NCBI RefSeq assembly: GCF_006345805.1
Contig: NW_021835469.1
Span: 1-64,000 of the forward strand
Source of the DNA: Octopus sinensis
Taxonomy: Eukaryota
Reading direction: 5' to 3'
Length of the DNA stretch: 64,000 bases
Below the pieces are notes generated by a model. The model made no database searches. It saw only the letters and a program-made list of their open reading frames with translations, and was not told the origin of the DNA. Below are positions 27,631 to 40,566 of the stretch, piece after piece. Within the stretch, counting starts at the first letter, position 1. Each line of letters starts with the position of its first letter. A program made the translations under genes and the position numbers.

Positions 27631-29458
27631 ATAAAAGCGAAAAGCTGAGTGTGTATGTATGTGTGTGTGTGTGTGTGTGTTTGAGTGCAATATTAAAAAA
27701 ATAGTGGTCAGAACTTTGGATCAAGCTGTCTTTTGGGAGTGTATGATAGATATGTATTTGTGCATGCGTGCTTATATATGGTTTTGATTGTACGTATATG
27801 ATTGCGTGTGTTGCCGATTTGAATTCTTTTCTGCGATTGAACTTAAATTGGCCCATGGCTATTAAAGCCCCAGCCACACACACATAAACACACACACACA
27901 CACACAAATACACACACATACACACACACTTATTTTCTATTTAATACCCATTTGAACTGCGGCTATACACCTGATAACGCGGTAAGTCTTATCCTCTGAA
28001 ATTTACAGTTTGAATGTTTTGATTATAAAAGTACACTCCAGCTAAAAACATATCTTTTGGCTTTGGAAAACAGAACGTTTTGTTTCTCCTCCTATATATT
28101 TTGTCATAGTAGATTTTATTTGTTTTGGTCAGGATTTTCCAGTTTCTTGTATCAAGCAATGGACAGAAACATAAAAACAAATTAATATTTTCTGTCTCAA
28201 ACTAACTAGATCCAGGTACAGTGAATACCATCCTCTACAATTTCCTACTCATATAAAGTACACATGTATTTCAACAATTTCTCTCAAATACACTATTGCG
28301 CATAAAAATCCTCTTCCCGGGTGACGATAACTTATATGACAGATTGTTGCACAGCTTCTAGATGTTTTGATAATGGAAATCGGAAATGTTTTAAATGATC
28401 TCATCGGCATTTACTTGTCCCAAAAAAGCACTCTTTCGATACAGCATGTTCATCTCATAAGTGTCGCGTAGTGGAAATAAATGCAAATACCAAACTTTCA
28501 ATTCATAATGTCTTTATTTTTTTTTTTGCATTTCAGTTTGTACATATGTGCTCCCGACTGTGTACAAGCGTATAAGTAAAATGACATCCATTTTTTTTTA
28601 ATAATATTCTTCTGATATCAAAATAAATAGTATATTGAAAACTAAAAATATTTTCTAGGACGGACATTTGTGACTCCAAGGGTCAAAAGGGGACTTTTGA
28701 CCAAAATAGGTTGAGTACCTTTGATTTATTATATCACGTCTGTAATAAATGCTTGCCATTATTAGACAAACTGCAACGCTTTAGGAAGCAATATGTATTA
28801 AATTGGTACTTTTTGTGTAATAAAATCAATAAGAAGGATATATAATTTTGGCATACAAAGGTAGATTTCAGATAGTGCTACAGGTAAAACTTTATATGTA
28901 AAACTTCAGCGTTACTGATTTCTATAATATCAGAGTAATGCAAAAAGTAAAAATACCTGCATTCTTACATGGCTTTAGAAATTAAGTAATGTATTGACGT
29001 ATTATAATGTTTGGAAGGCGCACAAATTTATATTACATATTTTTAGCATTTTTATTTTACACATTTTAAACGTCTATGAAATATTGTATTTGCTGCAAGT
29101 TTGATGTTTAAGCGTATGTTTAAAGAAAATGTATTGTGCAAAACGTATTATAAGTCTAGAAATCTAAGTAAACGCTTGCGCAGCAATCGCCTTCGCTTTA
29201 TCAAATACAGAGTTTAAGCGATATAACTATTTCACTTTTAGTATCTCAATTTGTTATGTAATTTAAACAGGTTTTTGAGGCCCATTGTCTATGGAAGATT
29301 TATGTGTATGTATTACATACATTTTTCCATATACCAGTACATATACATTAATTTTCTTTTAAAATGAAAGCTGTAACTATAAATATGAATGACTTTCAAA
29401 TCGAAACAATATTTGTTTGAGTATCATTTGAAATTCCTTCGCACCCGAAGCAAGGCAT

Positions 29459-29514
29459 TATAAAAACTCAGAGTGCGCCGTCACTGTAAATTACCACAAC
29501 TTTCAAAGGTATGT
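29459..29514 (+). promoter_or_regulatory. Candidate TATA, Inr, short exon and splice donor
   Basis: TATAAAA at 29459, TCACTGTAAATTACCACAA at 29481, AAG|GTATGT at 29509. Matches the module at 60412. Confidence 0.4.
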
Positions 29515-30567
29515 CATCGAATATCATAGTATTACACTAACAGAAGCAGCATTCACAGCGTTTTTTTTTATATATATATGTACCAATGAATGGAGGTCAA
29601 TTGGATATGGTGGTATATATCATCTCCCGAAAGTCACTGTACCAATTTAGAAACTAGTTAAATGTAGACAGACATGATTAAACAAAATATGATAAGTTTA
29701 AAAATATATATTTGTCCAACCATTATTTATGGCAACATAAAATCTATATCGTGTAATCTACTATTAATATAAAACACCTAAAAGGTCATCATAAAATGTC
29801 TTTGAGTTGAAATTGTTCAAATTGTTTGCACATCAATTACTAATTTAGCAAAGCAAATGGGCTGAAAATGTGGACAGGTCGTGACGAATGTTAAAGTCAC
29901 TAACACATATTTACACATACACACATACACGCACAGAGGTACACACACACACGCGCACGTACACACGCATAGATAGAGTGGCATATATACAACTAAATCG
30001 AACAACAGATACATTCACAGAAATACCTCGCACTTGCACATGAATATATTAAAAATATAAAAATGTTTGCGTAAGTATGTTTGCATGCACATAAATTAAA
30101 ACAGGTACAGTGAAGGAATAAGTATTCATATACATCAGAAGCGTTCAAGGAAATATTTGGCGTTTGATATATCAGATTTTATCGCTAATAAACAAACATT
30201 CGGATAAATGATGGTTATTTCAAAGATAAAAATATAACTGTAAATGTCATAAATCTCGAGAAAAGCATATTACATACAATCTGTATATTTTGAAGGTGTG
30301 TGTTACATTTACAACCTACATTGCATACCTGTTTGCATACTTACATGTTGGTCCTTAGACACATAAAACATAGGCTCATATATATTTGCACAGAGAAGAA
30401 AGCAACTACATAGACATGTGTTTCGTGCGTGTGTATGTGTATGCCTACCTATATTATGACGTGCATAAGTTTCAAGTATGAAGTATGTCATGGAGCTTCG
30501 ATATGATGTACGACGCAAATACTCCTGATTACGGTGTTAATGCTCACGAATGATCAAATCAATCTAC

Positions 30568-30770
30568 ATATGTTTATCCTCGTATTGAAACTGTCTTTCC
30601 TTGTTTAGTCACTGAGGCTTATGTATATTGTTTGTACGAGTAAATGTCTTCTAAAACCAATACCTAGTATATCTATAAGGCGTTTCTGTCCATACAACAA
30701 GATGTAACTAATCATGTTCAAAATATTTGCTGCAATGTAAGTATAAGTCCGTGTGATTTGTTGTGAAATA
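30568..30770 (+). pseudogene. Possible decayed signal peptide plus Cys-containing peptide
   Basis: MFILVLKLSFLV/(frameshift)VTEA-YVYCLYE*MSSKTNT*YIYKAF..VQNICCNVSISPCDL. Requires a frameshift and read-through of stops. Confidence 0.2.
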
Positions 30771-31129
30771 TATGAAATTTCTAATCAAATATGAATAATT
30801 TACACCCGTTGGTAAAAAATATGAAAGAAAATGTGGCAGTCCGTACTACTATGTATGGCATATTTTAATTATGTCAATTTTTGTATGCATTTATTTATGC
30901 ACATTAAAAATCGCCTTTCAGTTTTGAAAAGTATCGAATTAGCCTCGTATAATACTTTCGCTGTTGATTCTAATATAATACTCCGTCTTGTAAAACAAAT
31001 CTGTACTTTTACATCCTATTTGTTTTACCATTAGTTGGGTTAATATTCCATTCTTATGGGAATGGAATATCAGCCCCCTCCTTACCAACTAAATCATAGT
31101 AAATGACCTTTTCCGCTTCTATACTTTCA

Positions 31130-32930
31130 TCTCACATTACAAGGCCATCAACTCAAAAACCACAGGTCACTGAGTAATCGATATAGTGGCCATTCGTGAA
31201 AAGAGACTGTCCAACCGACAAGCTTTTATGCCCATTGATGGTTGCACTGCTAATAAAGGACCAAAATAAGGTGAGTCATATAGAAATATTTATGCTCATA
31301 AAGCTGATGAGCACTGACTTCAAAATATTTACTGACGCGTTAGTAAAATGTTAGCGCTTGCTGTCGAGAAACTGATTGGCGATGCAAAAACATGTGCAAT
31401 CCCAAGCAGATCCAGTCACGACAACCTCCACCTTATGCGATACCTCGTAGATAAGGAACTTAGCATAAGTGGTGCCGAAATCAATTTGTGTCAATCTAAA
31501 GCTTTCGATAGGGTCGACCTCCAGTAATTGGCGGCCGTTCACCCAGCAGGCGATTTCGGTCCGTTTCCCGTGGCTGGATCGCTGCAATGTACTGCGATAT
31601 TCGCTCGGTAGTTCGGGTGTGTGGTTACCTATCAGAACCGTCTAACATCATGCGCTCGGTCTCTCTCGTCTCTCCCGTATATAGGGTATTAGGCTATGAG
31701 TGCGGAAATTGGAAGCGTTGTGAGGCATTCCGCACGGACGCGAACTTGGAATAGCCGCGTAAGCATACGCAGACAAAGTCACCATTATAGTGTCAAGCCC
31801 CAGGCACATAGACCGGGTTGCCAATGATTTAAAGTAATAGGAGTCAATGACAGGCGCAAAAACTAACCAACAAAATTAAGTAGACCTGCAACTTGGCATC
31901 TGGAGACGCAGGTCTATGCCATTCAGTAACTCAGTTGGGCATATTACGCAGGGCCTGATTTGGTTCTGAGCTCCAGGTGGTGTAGATCTAGGATGAAGAG
32001 ACGGGCAGGGTGGCCAATCTCACCCAGAAATATGCCGTGAGAAAGTAGGGCAGAATTAGCAAATTTATTCATCGATTCCATCATATATTATCGCCTAACC
32101 GTCATGTCTTGCCTTAGTTTACGTCTGAACAAACTGCAGCGCATACTATTGTGCTTTCTGAGGAAGGAGCAGACTCCACTTCTCAGGTGCTCAATTTGTT
32201 GTCAGCACTCTCTTAATGGTGGGGCGGATGGGTATGGTGTTGCTGCTGATTCGTAAACATGCGCTGAAGCTGCGAAATATTCAGCTTTTCCTAGACAGTA
32301 AGCAGCGTTAATCACTGGTTCCCCCATATAGTCTGTTTGTATGAGCTGCAGTTAAGGATCAAGCGTAGAGCAAAGCAGAACACCTGGAACCTAGAATGTC
32401 GTTAGGCAGTCGGTAGAAGTTCCACTCAGACGTTCTATAGAGGGTTAGTGGCGGGGAAGTGCGACGATGTTCTTGGGGAGACTCTGGACATCGATGAAAA
32501 GGAGTTGGTTGCTCAATTCCGAGCCCAGTGTTAACTTCCAGAAATCCCTAGACTGACAGAGCTACTGGACACATTGCTACTTCGGGATAATCTCTACAGA
32601 CTTGCCCAAAGTGCCCACGTAACGACGAAACGTCTTGCACATTGTCGTTCAGTGCTCGACCATTGATGGTTTCTGGGTTTATATCGAACACTCATTGTCT
32701 CGTGTTGGACGGATCTGGATATCAGCTGAATGCATCACGAAGAACGCTCCGCCGCCTTCATTTGGGCGGAAGAGTAAGCAAAATTTCTTTCCTTTTTTGT
32801 CAAGCTCTCATTAATTTTATTTAAGTGAAACTTGAAAAATAAAGTGAGGGTGCAGAGTGAATTGCTGCCGCCCAGCAATTTTGCTTAAAGGTGGGTGGAT
32901 GTGGAGTGAATGGTCTGGGTGAACCCCTCT
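31130..32930 (+). mobile_element. Decayed Tx1/L1-type LINE RT and C-terminal region
   Basis: NLHLMRYLV..GAEINLCQSKAFDRVD and AYADKVTI (YADD box). Many stops and frameshifts; GC content is higher than the flanks. Confidence 0.8.
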
Positions 32931-33179
32931 AGATCTAGGGTAGATGAAATGGAGAGGTACTTACCCTAGAGATCAGGTCGATTGCAGGTTTTGTGGGTTT
33001 CCATGAGCAGCCCTTAGCATCTTCCTGCTTTTGTGGATTTATTTGTTACAATTTTTATTGTTATTACCTTTTTGAACGATTAACTTCCCTCTTTTTCGTC
33101 TGTGTTGCTTTGTGCCATCCCCAATCTTTTACATAAATTCTCAGTGATGAAATAAGGGGAACATTATTAGTGTTATTAT

Positions 33180-33325
33180 TTTTGCTGTTGCTGTCGTTGC
33201 TGCGGCTGTTATTGTTGTTGTTGTCTTTGGTGGTGGTGGTGGTTGTGGTGGTGGTGGTGTGGTGGTGGTGGTGGTGGTGGTGGTGGTGGTGGTAGTGATG
33301 GTGGTGGTGTTGGTGATGTTATTGT
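33180..33325. repeat. (GTT)n/(GGT)n microsatellite
   Basis: Direct inspection. Confidence 0.9.
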
Positions 33326-33559
33326 TATCCTGCTGAATTGGCCTTAAATATTATTTTCGTGTAACAACGAATTGTCGTTAAATTTTATATTTATATTCGC
33401 TCATGTTAATCTGACCAGCCCCCAAAAGACGCAAAGAATTTCCTAGTGTTTTAGCTGTGTTATGTAGAATTTTACTTTTTGTGAGCTTGCTCTCTGAATA
33501 TTTTTTTGAGAAGTAAAAGGCGGAACTAAATAGTGATTGCTCGGCAAGCTCCAACTCTC

Positions 33560-34197
33560 GAAATTAACGATCGCCGTGTGCTTCAAATGCCACCGCAACT
33601 ACCACCACCGCAGCCACAAATGATAACGTAAGACTTGTTGAAGATGAATAAAAAAGTAACAAAGATAAGGATAGTAATATTAAAAGATGTTTTACAACAG
33701 TGACGCCACAACTATCCCCAATACATCTAAATCTAACAGCAAGGCGAAGAGAATTGAATCAGCAGCAAATTCAACATGCCTAGCACGGAGAAGAAAAACA
33801 ACCCATCATATAAGGCAAAGAGGACGACACCAACAGCAAATTCATCACTGCAATAGCAATTATCAGCAAGTACAACAACAATAAAACGGCGTTAAAAAAG
33901 AAGTATGGCGACAAAGAAAGGAATAGGAACATCTACAGCACATCCACTGCTACATCCCCCGCTTCTAATATGTTTGCATGGAAAACTTTTGGTAGCAAGA
34001 AAACTATTCTCGCCGCTGCTATTAAGTATTGGCCATTTGCCAACGCTATTCCAGTTTCTGAATTGATCAAGCAATCAGTAAAGTGTTTGCCAAGATTGAG
34101 TTTAATTGTGAAAATAATCCAGATTCTAAGATGTCTTAAAAATTGCCCGGTTACTTGTTGTACAGTCAAACGTAACATGGAAAGCAGTCCAATATAA
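33560..34197 (+). pseudogene. Decayed Thr/Ser-rich linker plus two ShKT-like domains
   Basis: One frame reads CMENFW*QENYSRRC...*IDQAISKVFAKIEFNCENNPDSKM, then (1-nt frameshift) LKNCPVTCC. This resembles the ShKT pattern CxD..C..CxxNPxxMxxNCPxTC. Confidence 0.45.
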
Positions 34198-37100
34198 ATG
34201 AATAAGCGAATGCGGAAAATATTAATAGAAAGATGATATGGAACAAACCTAAGGCATATAAATTTAGGAAGTGACAGGTAGCTGATTCAGTAAAGCAGAT
34301 GTATTAATCACGTCTGAGAAAAAAGAGAAACCAACCCAAGAAATCCTATAAAATGCTTGAAAGTGGAGTCTGTTCACATAGTAAATATATCTCTGCCGAT
34401 GAGTGGTAAAATCAGATTAGTTGAAATCCCATTAAATTTGAGAATTTGCTGCTATGAAACTGATCGTTTTGAGAATACGTTTTCCGAATTATTATTTTAC
34501 TCCTTAAAGTTTGTTTTAACCAAAATTACTCGGATACAGATATATTTCTAAAGCTTGTGGTGTACTACTGACAGATAAAAATAAAGTTTCTGTTTTTATT
34601 TTGCAACACGTAGATATAGTGCTGCAGGGTATGATCATTGTAAATGCTGAGTTTATCTAAAATGTAAAATTGAATAAGGAAACTCAAAACATTACATAAT
34701 ATCGCTCATGAAACCATCCTTTTAATTTTAGTAACAAAAATGTGATGTTACAATGTTATACAGAAGACGTAACACGACCATCTCTGGCCGGTCAGTAATT
34801 TAAATGAAGTTTTCATGCGGCCTGCGTCTTATATTCCAAACAGATAAATAGACGGAGGAATTTTAATTAAGAATTAAATCTTTTATTCTTCTAGAAGTAG
34901 TGTGCACAATTTCAAAGGGTCCTCTCCTGTGGTATGGATATTTGAAGATGAGAATATTCCATATATGAACTTCCAATGCCAAACATTTCTATTTTGGATC
35001 GACGAGAGATATTGTGTTTAGCATATTTGATTATGTAGAATTTTAACTTTGTTTCATGTCATAATCGTGTTGCATCATTTGTATATGATATTCTGTTGGA
35101 CTCCTATGCTAATCGTCACGGCGGAATTCAGGCTAAAACATGAAGAATGTATATTCGTACTTGCCCTAATACGAACAGTAAAGACATGAGAAAAGATGAT
35201 CTGGATTAATGAACATACAAGAAGGTTTGCATGGCATCATATAGGTGAGGAAAAGAAAAAGCTGCAGAATGCAAGCTGTCTGAGACCATGTTGCAGAGGA
35301 AACAGAAACGGAAAAATACCCAGTCTTCTAAGAAGTTTTTAGAAATATTTATGCCAGATGCCCTTTAAAAGTTGAACTTATAAATGCAGGAGTTCTGGAA
35401 AAATACACAGTATTTTAGTATTAAATTGTGAACATTATATTCCCTTTAAGTTCAGATGGGTCCCCTTATGAATCGTTCAAAATACTAGCTAGAAGTATCG
35501 GTTACGCCTGAAAAACTGTGGAAGAAAATTGGTTTCATATATTTTAAGAGTAGTAATCCGAGAAGAATTGTTATAAAATGCAATATAGGCATATTTGCTA
35601 CTCGTGACAGTGATAGCAAGTGAAAGATTTCCCTTCTTAGTAATGTTGAGTGAGATCTACCTCCATGCAAACACAATAAAACAGCAATCGCAACAATATC
35701 AAAGAGAAGAGTTGTGACATCAAACAGAAGCAAAATATTAGCAGCATAGCTAAAACATCTAAATCAGTGAATGGGATAATTATAAAACCTTTGAAAAGAG
35801 GAGCATCACCTACGTGAGAATCCCTTAATCAAAATGTAAACACAATAAAAATACATAAAATTTATAAAAATACACAAAATTTCACATTCACACGCCAAGC
35901 ATTCATTTTACTCTACGACGCTATACACAAGAAAGCTATATCAAAACATATACGATAATATTGGGACTACGCAATAGGACATGGTGACATAACATTTGAA
36001 GCTGATACCCATACTGGAGTTTAGACTAGAGAGGTTGCTGAGATTGTAGCTCGGTTATATACGACACAGATGTATGTTTCCACACACTGCCATGCGCCTC
36101 TGAATAGAAAAATAATCACAATGTTTAATATGGTCCATCCAGATTAATATAATATGAGATTATGTTTACGTCCTCGTCATCAACACAAATATAAACTAGA
36201 GCAAAAATTGAAAACTTGCACCTTGATTGAGTTATACAACACCCCAAGTATGATGTGATTTTCTCTGTTTTGTCATGTAACAGCTGCTTGCCTGGTTATT
36301 CTGTCCTTTTCCCCTTCTGGTAGAGAAAATTTTCACAAAAGCTGTTTGTTTGATATTCATACCGTCCTCTAAGAAGACTTTTAGCTGTACATGAGGATTG
36401 GCAGTGTGAGGTGAGGAGGCGAAGAGAGGTGTTATGGTTGCAGTCAACATTATTTTCTTAACGATGAATTGACTAATGCGTGTTTCTACATTCACATATA
36501 CCACTCATCACCTACTTCAAACAAATGCATTCTTGATTAAGCTTCGACCAACTCTGGCTGTACTGTGTGTAAGAATCTATCAAGTGATCCCAATACGACT
36601 TTTGTAGTTCCCAATTCAGCATCGTATAAAATAATATTTAGCGTGTTGAAGAGACGAATTTTCTAGCAAAATCATTGCTACCACTCTGATAAATAAGTCA
36701 ATTGATGGATTTTCCCAAAACGTATTTTGCAAAGGGATTACCGCTGGCTTCTAGAAAATAGTAGTCTGACTATACTTTTGAGTTATCATTAACATTGGTA
36801 ATGAAATTTACAGATAGTGAAGAGCTGTACATATGACGTTTTTGCATGTCAAAACTATGTCTGTCGCGGTTACATGTATGTTTCAGTTTTTAATTTTGCT
36901 TTCATGGGAAATATTCCAAGCTATTTATTACGTAGAGTAACTCAGCCGAATTCACTATAAAATCGTGCACAACTTCATATAGTCAATAATATCCGTCAAG
37001 TTTTTTTCAGTCTGCTGTCTCAGATTTCAAACGTAAATATTTTACTCTTCGATCAATTTTTCGCTGATTTTTAAAAATATATTAGTGGGAGAAGACGAAT

Positions 37101-37830
37101 GCTGATACGGAAATGAGACTCTTTGCCCAATAAATTCACATGAATTGCTGAAGTCAACATGTCTGCTGTCATATGTATGGCAGCTTGAAGACAGCCATTT
37201 CCGATGTAAAACGCTGATCGGTGGATATATTTGATATTTCATCCATGGCTTTTGAATTAGAAATTACTAATCCAAAGTAACTTTGTATTGCATCGATCAT
37301 TGTTTACTACTATCTCACTTGTACCATTTTCGTCATTATAATTATATATTTCACTACTTAAGGAAAAAAATAACCTTCAGTATTAATAGAGGTGAAAAAA
37401 AGTACTATTAGTACTAACGCATTAGTATCGTATAATCATACATCTCATTTGTATAAATTTCAAAAGCTTATAGATGCCCACAACTGAAATCTTTATTATC
37501 ACACGAAAAACGATATTCAGAGATGTTAAGCTAAACAAAATCATTGCCCGCAGTTTCATACTCATCGTTTGGAAGACATATGCATTGAAGAAAGAAAAAA
37601 CAGAAAAAAAATAGAATTAAATAAACTATGTTAATTAGAAAGCGGTAACATTCAAATAAATCAACATAATTTAATCTGCCATTGCTTAATTGGAGTGAGG
37701 AAACTGCGGAAACATACGAAATTAAATTGAAAATGGATATGAAATGAGTAAGACAAAAATATAAGAAAATCACAGAAATACCAGGATGAAGAAATGACAT
37801 ATTGAATTTCTTGGAGAATAGCAATATATA

Positions 37831-37866
<36 letters not shown>

Positions 37867-37872
37867 TATATA

Positions 37873-37910
<38 letters not shown>

Positions 37911-39314
37911 CGTAAAATAAGTGTCTTTAAAATTCATACTCTAATACGTTCAATTCTCAATACAGAATGGCTAAAGGCTAGGTATGCATATATACCTATG
38001 ATATACTTATCAGCATCTTCGTGGATGCATTTTATATAAAAAGGTAAATGATCCCAGACAAAATAAAAATAATTGTCAACGGTGAAAGCACAAAAGTTCT
38101 GTAAAAACAAAAGAATAAGAATTTTTTTATGCATTGGCTTTTTATTTCTTATTTGGTGATGGAAGCAGTTAAATGTATTTTGGATAAGTGACAAGGGAAG
38201 TGAAGAGAAATTTCTGAGATGCATTATCGCTTTGTTTGTATTTGTAGTTTATATTTCCCCTGTGAACGAAGACATTAAGTGCAGTGTACTTGTAGAAACG
38301 TAGTATGAAAACCAGCTTCCCTCCATGCTGTGCGACCTGTGCTTCACATTCTATATTCCAAAAGCTGCTATTTGGCACAAATCCTAAAACGTCTTTGTAC
38401 TTGTTGAAGCTATTGAAGATTTTACATACTAAGATTATTCTTCAAGAGAAAATATACATATATGCATAAATTATTTATCTTGTGCTAAGTACGTGAGTAA
38501 GAGCTTGGTTTCCATGTCTCCACGGATGAAATTTTCCATGGCCCATGTCGTCATCATGGGACATGTCTTCATCACTGGACTAGAATGTTAGCAGGTGAAG
38601 GGAATAAAAATCTGCTGTACGATTTAGTACGATAGCATATTTGAAAAAAATACGGCACGCATCTCTATATGACATTCCCTCAATAAAGAGGATGGCACGT
38701 AATGTGTCACCCAGTGACGCCTCCAAATGTTATTTGTAGTTAGTAAATACATTAAAATTTCCTTTGGAACGCAAAAGTTTATTAATTCCCTACATATTCG
38801 CATCTCTGCAATGGTTCGCTTTTAGATGGTACTTTATTCAAAGAAAAAGAAAGTACAAAATTTCATTTCTTTCAGATACGTATACCATACTGAGGATTCT
38901 CTAAATCTCAGAAACACGATTAAATTATTCTGGAAAAAGAATTCGCTTATAAAATATGGATGGTCTTTCTTTTGTTTTTGTTTGTTATTCTCATCATCAA
39001 AATCTTTGTTCTTACATCATGCATCTTTACGGAAAATAGGTTTACCATTATTAGGGCTCGTTTATACAGCAGTAATATACGTTTACTATTAGTTTTGCAT
39101 ATCTTTATATTCTGCTCTTTGCTTAGATCCCAAAATAGGATAAACATTAGATTAACTAGTGTATTATTTTTTGTAAATCATGAAATCCGCTATGGCATAA
39201 AATTTCCAATATAAGTAACTACGACACGTATTACCCGATTTAGATTTCAAAACTTTTTCAGAAATATACGAAAACATTTAACAATTGAACGCATCAGTAG
39301 CAAAATATTAATGT

Positions 39315-40250
39315 ATTGGGTCAACTCATAAACAATGCGGATTTTTGAATTGCATGAACTAAAAGTCGGAGAGGTATGTGATAAACTACTTGCATCAGAT
39401 TGCTATAAAAGAGGTAGTAAAATTACCGTGTATCTATTCTGAGTGTTGTTCGCTTTTAAAAGCTATAATGGAATTGACAAAGGAACATATACGGCATATT
39501 TTGATTTACGGGTTCTGTAAAGACAACAATGAAACAGGAAGAAAAAGGAATATTAATGCAATATGTGGGGATCAGACAATAAGCGTTAGCCACTGTCAAC
39601 GGTGGTTTCAGAAATTCCAAGTTAGAAAACTAGAGCCTAGAAGACGAACCGCGTCCTGGAAGATTATAGAGCTCGACGAGGACATCCTGCAAACCCTGGT
39701 GGAAACGTAAATCTCTTCGTAGCTGTGAAAGAAGTAGCAGCTAATCTTGGATTTGTTTAGTGAACCATTCAGCGACACTTACTTGCCATCGGAAAAGTCA
39801 GCAAATTGGCTGAATGTTTTCCTCACAAACATTCTGAGCCAAATCATGCGTAGAGACAAAATTTGTGCCCTTCTTTGCTATCACGTCTCACGAATCAACA
39901 TTTTTAGGACCGAATAGTGATTGGTGACACAAAATTAGTTTTGTATAAAAATATCAAGCACTGAATACATTTATTAGGTAGGTAAAAAAGTAATTAATTC
40001 CGTAGTCTTCAAATTCAGTTGGACGCAAAAATTATAAATTGAATATGCAAGGTCAGTACAGTACTGGAGGTCTATATTCGTGACATGTATTTTGAAAGAC
40101 GGGCAGTTCAAGACTACTAGAGAAATGTAACAGCATTGTAGAAAAGAAAGATAGTATATTTTATATTAAAACATAATTTCGTTTATCATAATGTTGAAAA
40201 GTAAAAGAAGTATAAAAAAACACATTATTTATAGGTTGAATAGATATTTT
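39315..40250 (+). mobile_element. Mariner relic (N-terminal HTH to first catalytic D)
   Basis: MELTKEHIRHILIY.F..NINAICGDQTISVSHCQRWFQKF, ELDEDILQTLVE, FLGRIVIGD. Confidence 0.85.
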
Positions 40251-40312
40251 GAATTTTTATTATATATAATAATTATTATAATCATCATCATCATTACTCT
40301 TATTATTACTAT

Positions 40313-40525
40313 AAGATGCGCTCCAAGAACTTTTAGCACCCTGGATGAAATGCCTAGTGGTATTTCGCCCGTCGTTCCGTTCTGAGATTAAATTCTGTCT
40401 AGGTCGACTTTCCATTCATCCTATAGGAATCGATAAATTAAGTACCATTTGAAAACTGGGTTCGATGTACTCGACTAGATCCCTTACCCTTAAAAGTTTC
40501 AAGGCCTTGTGCCAAGGGCAGAAAT
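40313..40525 (+). mobile_element. tRNA-derived SINE ending in (AAT)n
   Basis: cgttctgagattaaattc..ggtcgacttt..tcgataaattaagtacca..ggccttgtgcc. Same family as the 19793 and 63640 copies. Confidence 0.75.
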
Positions 40526-40566
40526 AATAATAGTAATAATAATAATAATAATAATAATGATAATAT

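Larger units (their letters stand above)
26051..28723. mobile_element. Probable non-autonomous hAT element hosting nested insertions
   Basis: Ends CAGCGATTCTCAA and TTGAGTACCTTTG (CAGTGGTTCTCAA-type TIR). Flanked by ATTTAGTA and ATTTATTA (8-bp TSD, 7/8 match). Confidence 0.5.

Noticed and set aside
35485-35733. Hydrophobic ORF with RREIFHLL, reminiscent of the dolichol kinase RKxFH motif
   Set aside because: Downstream GVGD and KKTxEG motifs were not found in any frame; the similarity is too weak.
37540-37580. Hammerhead-like cgatgagtatgaaac on the minus strand (also ctgataa..gaaa at about 27970-28005)
   Set aside because: No convincing stem I or stem II pairing.
39378-39710. SETMAR-like domesticated gene
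   Set aside because: No SET domain, and frameshifts and stops follow; an ordinary mariner relic.
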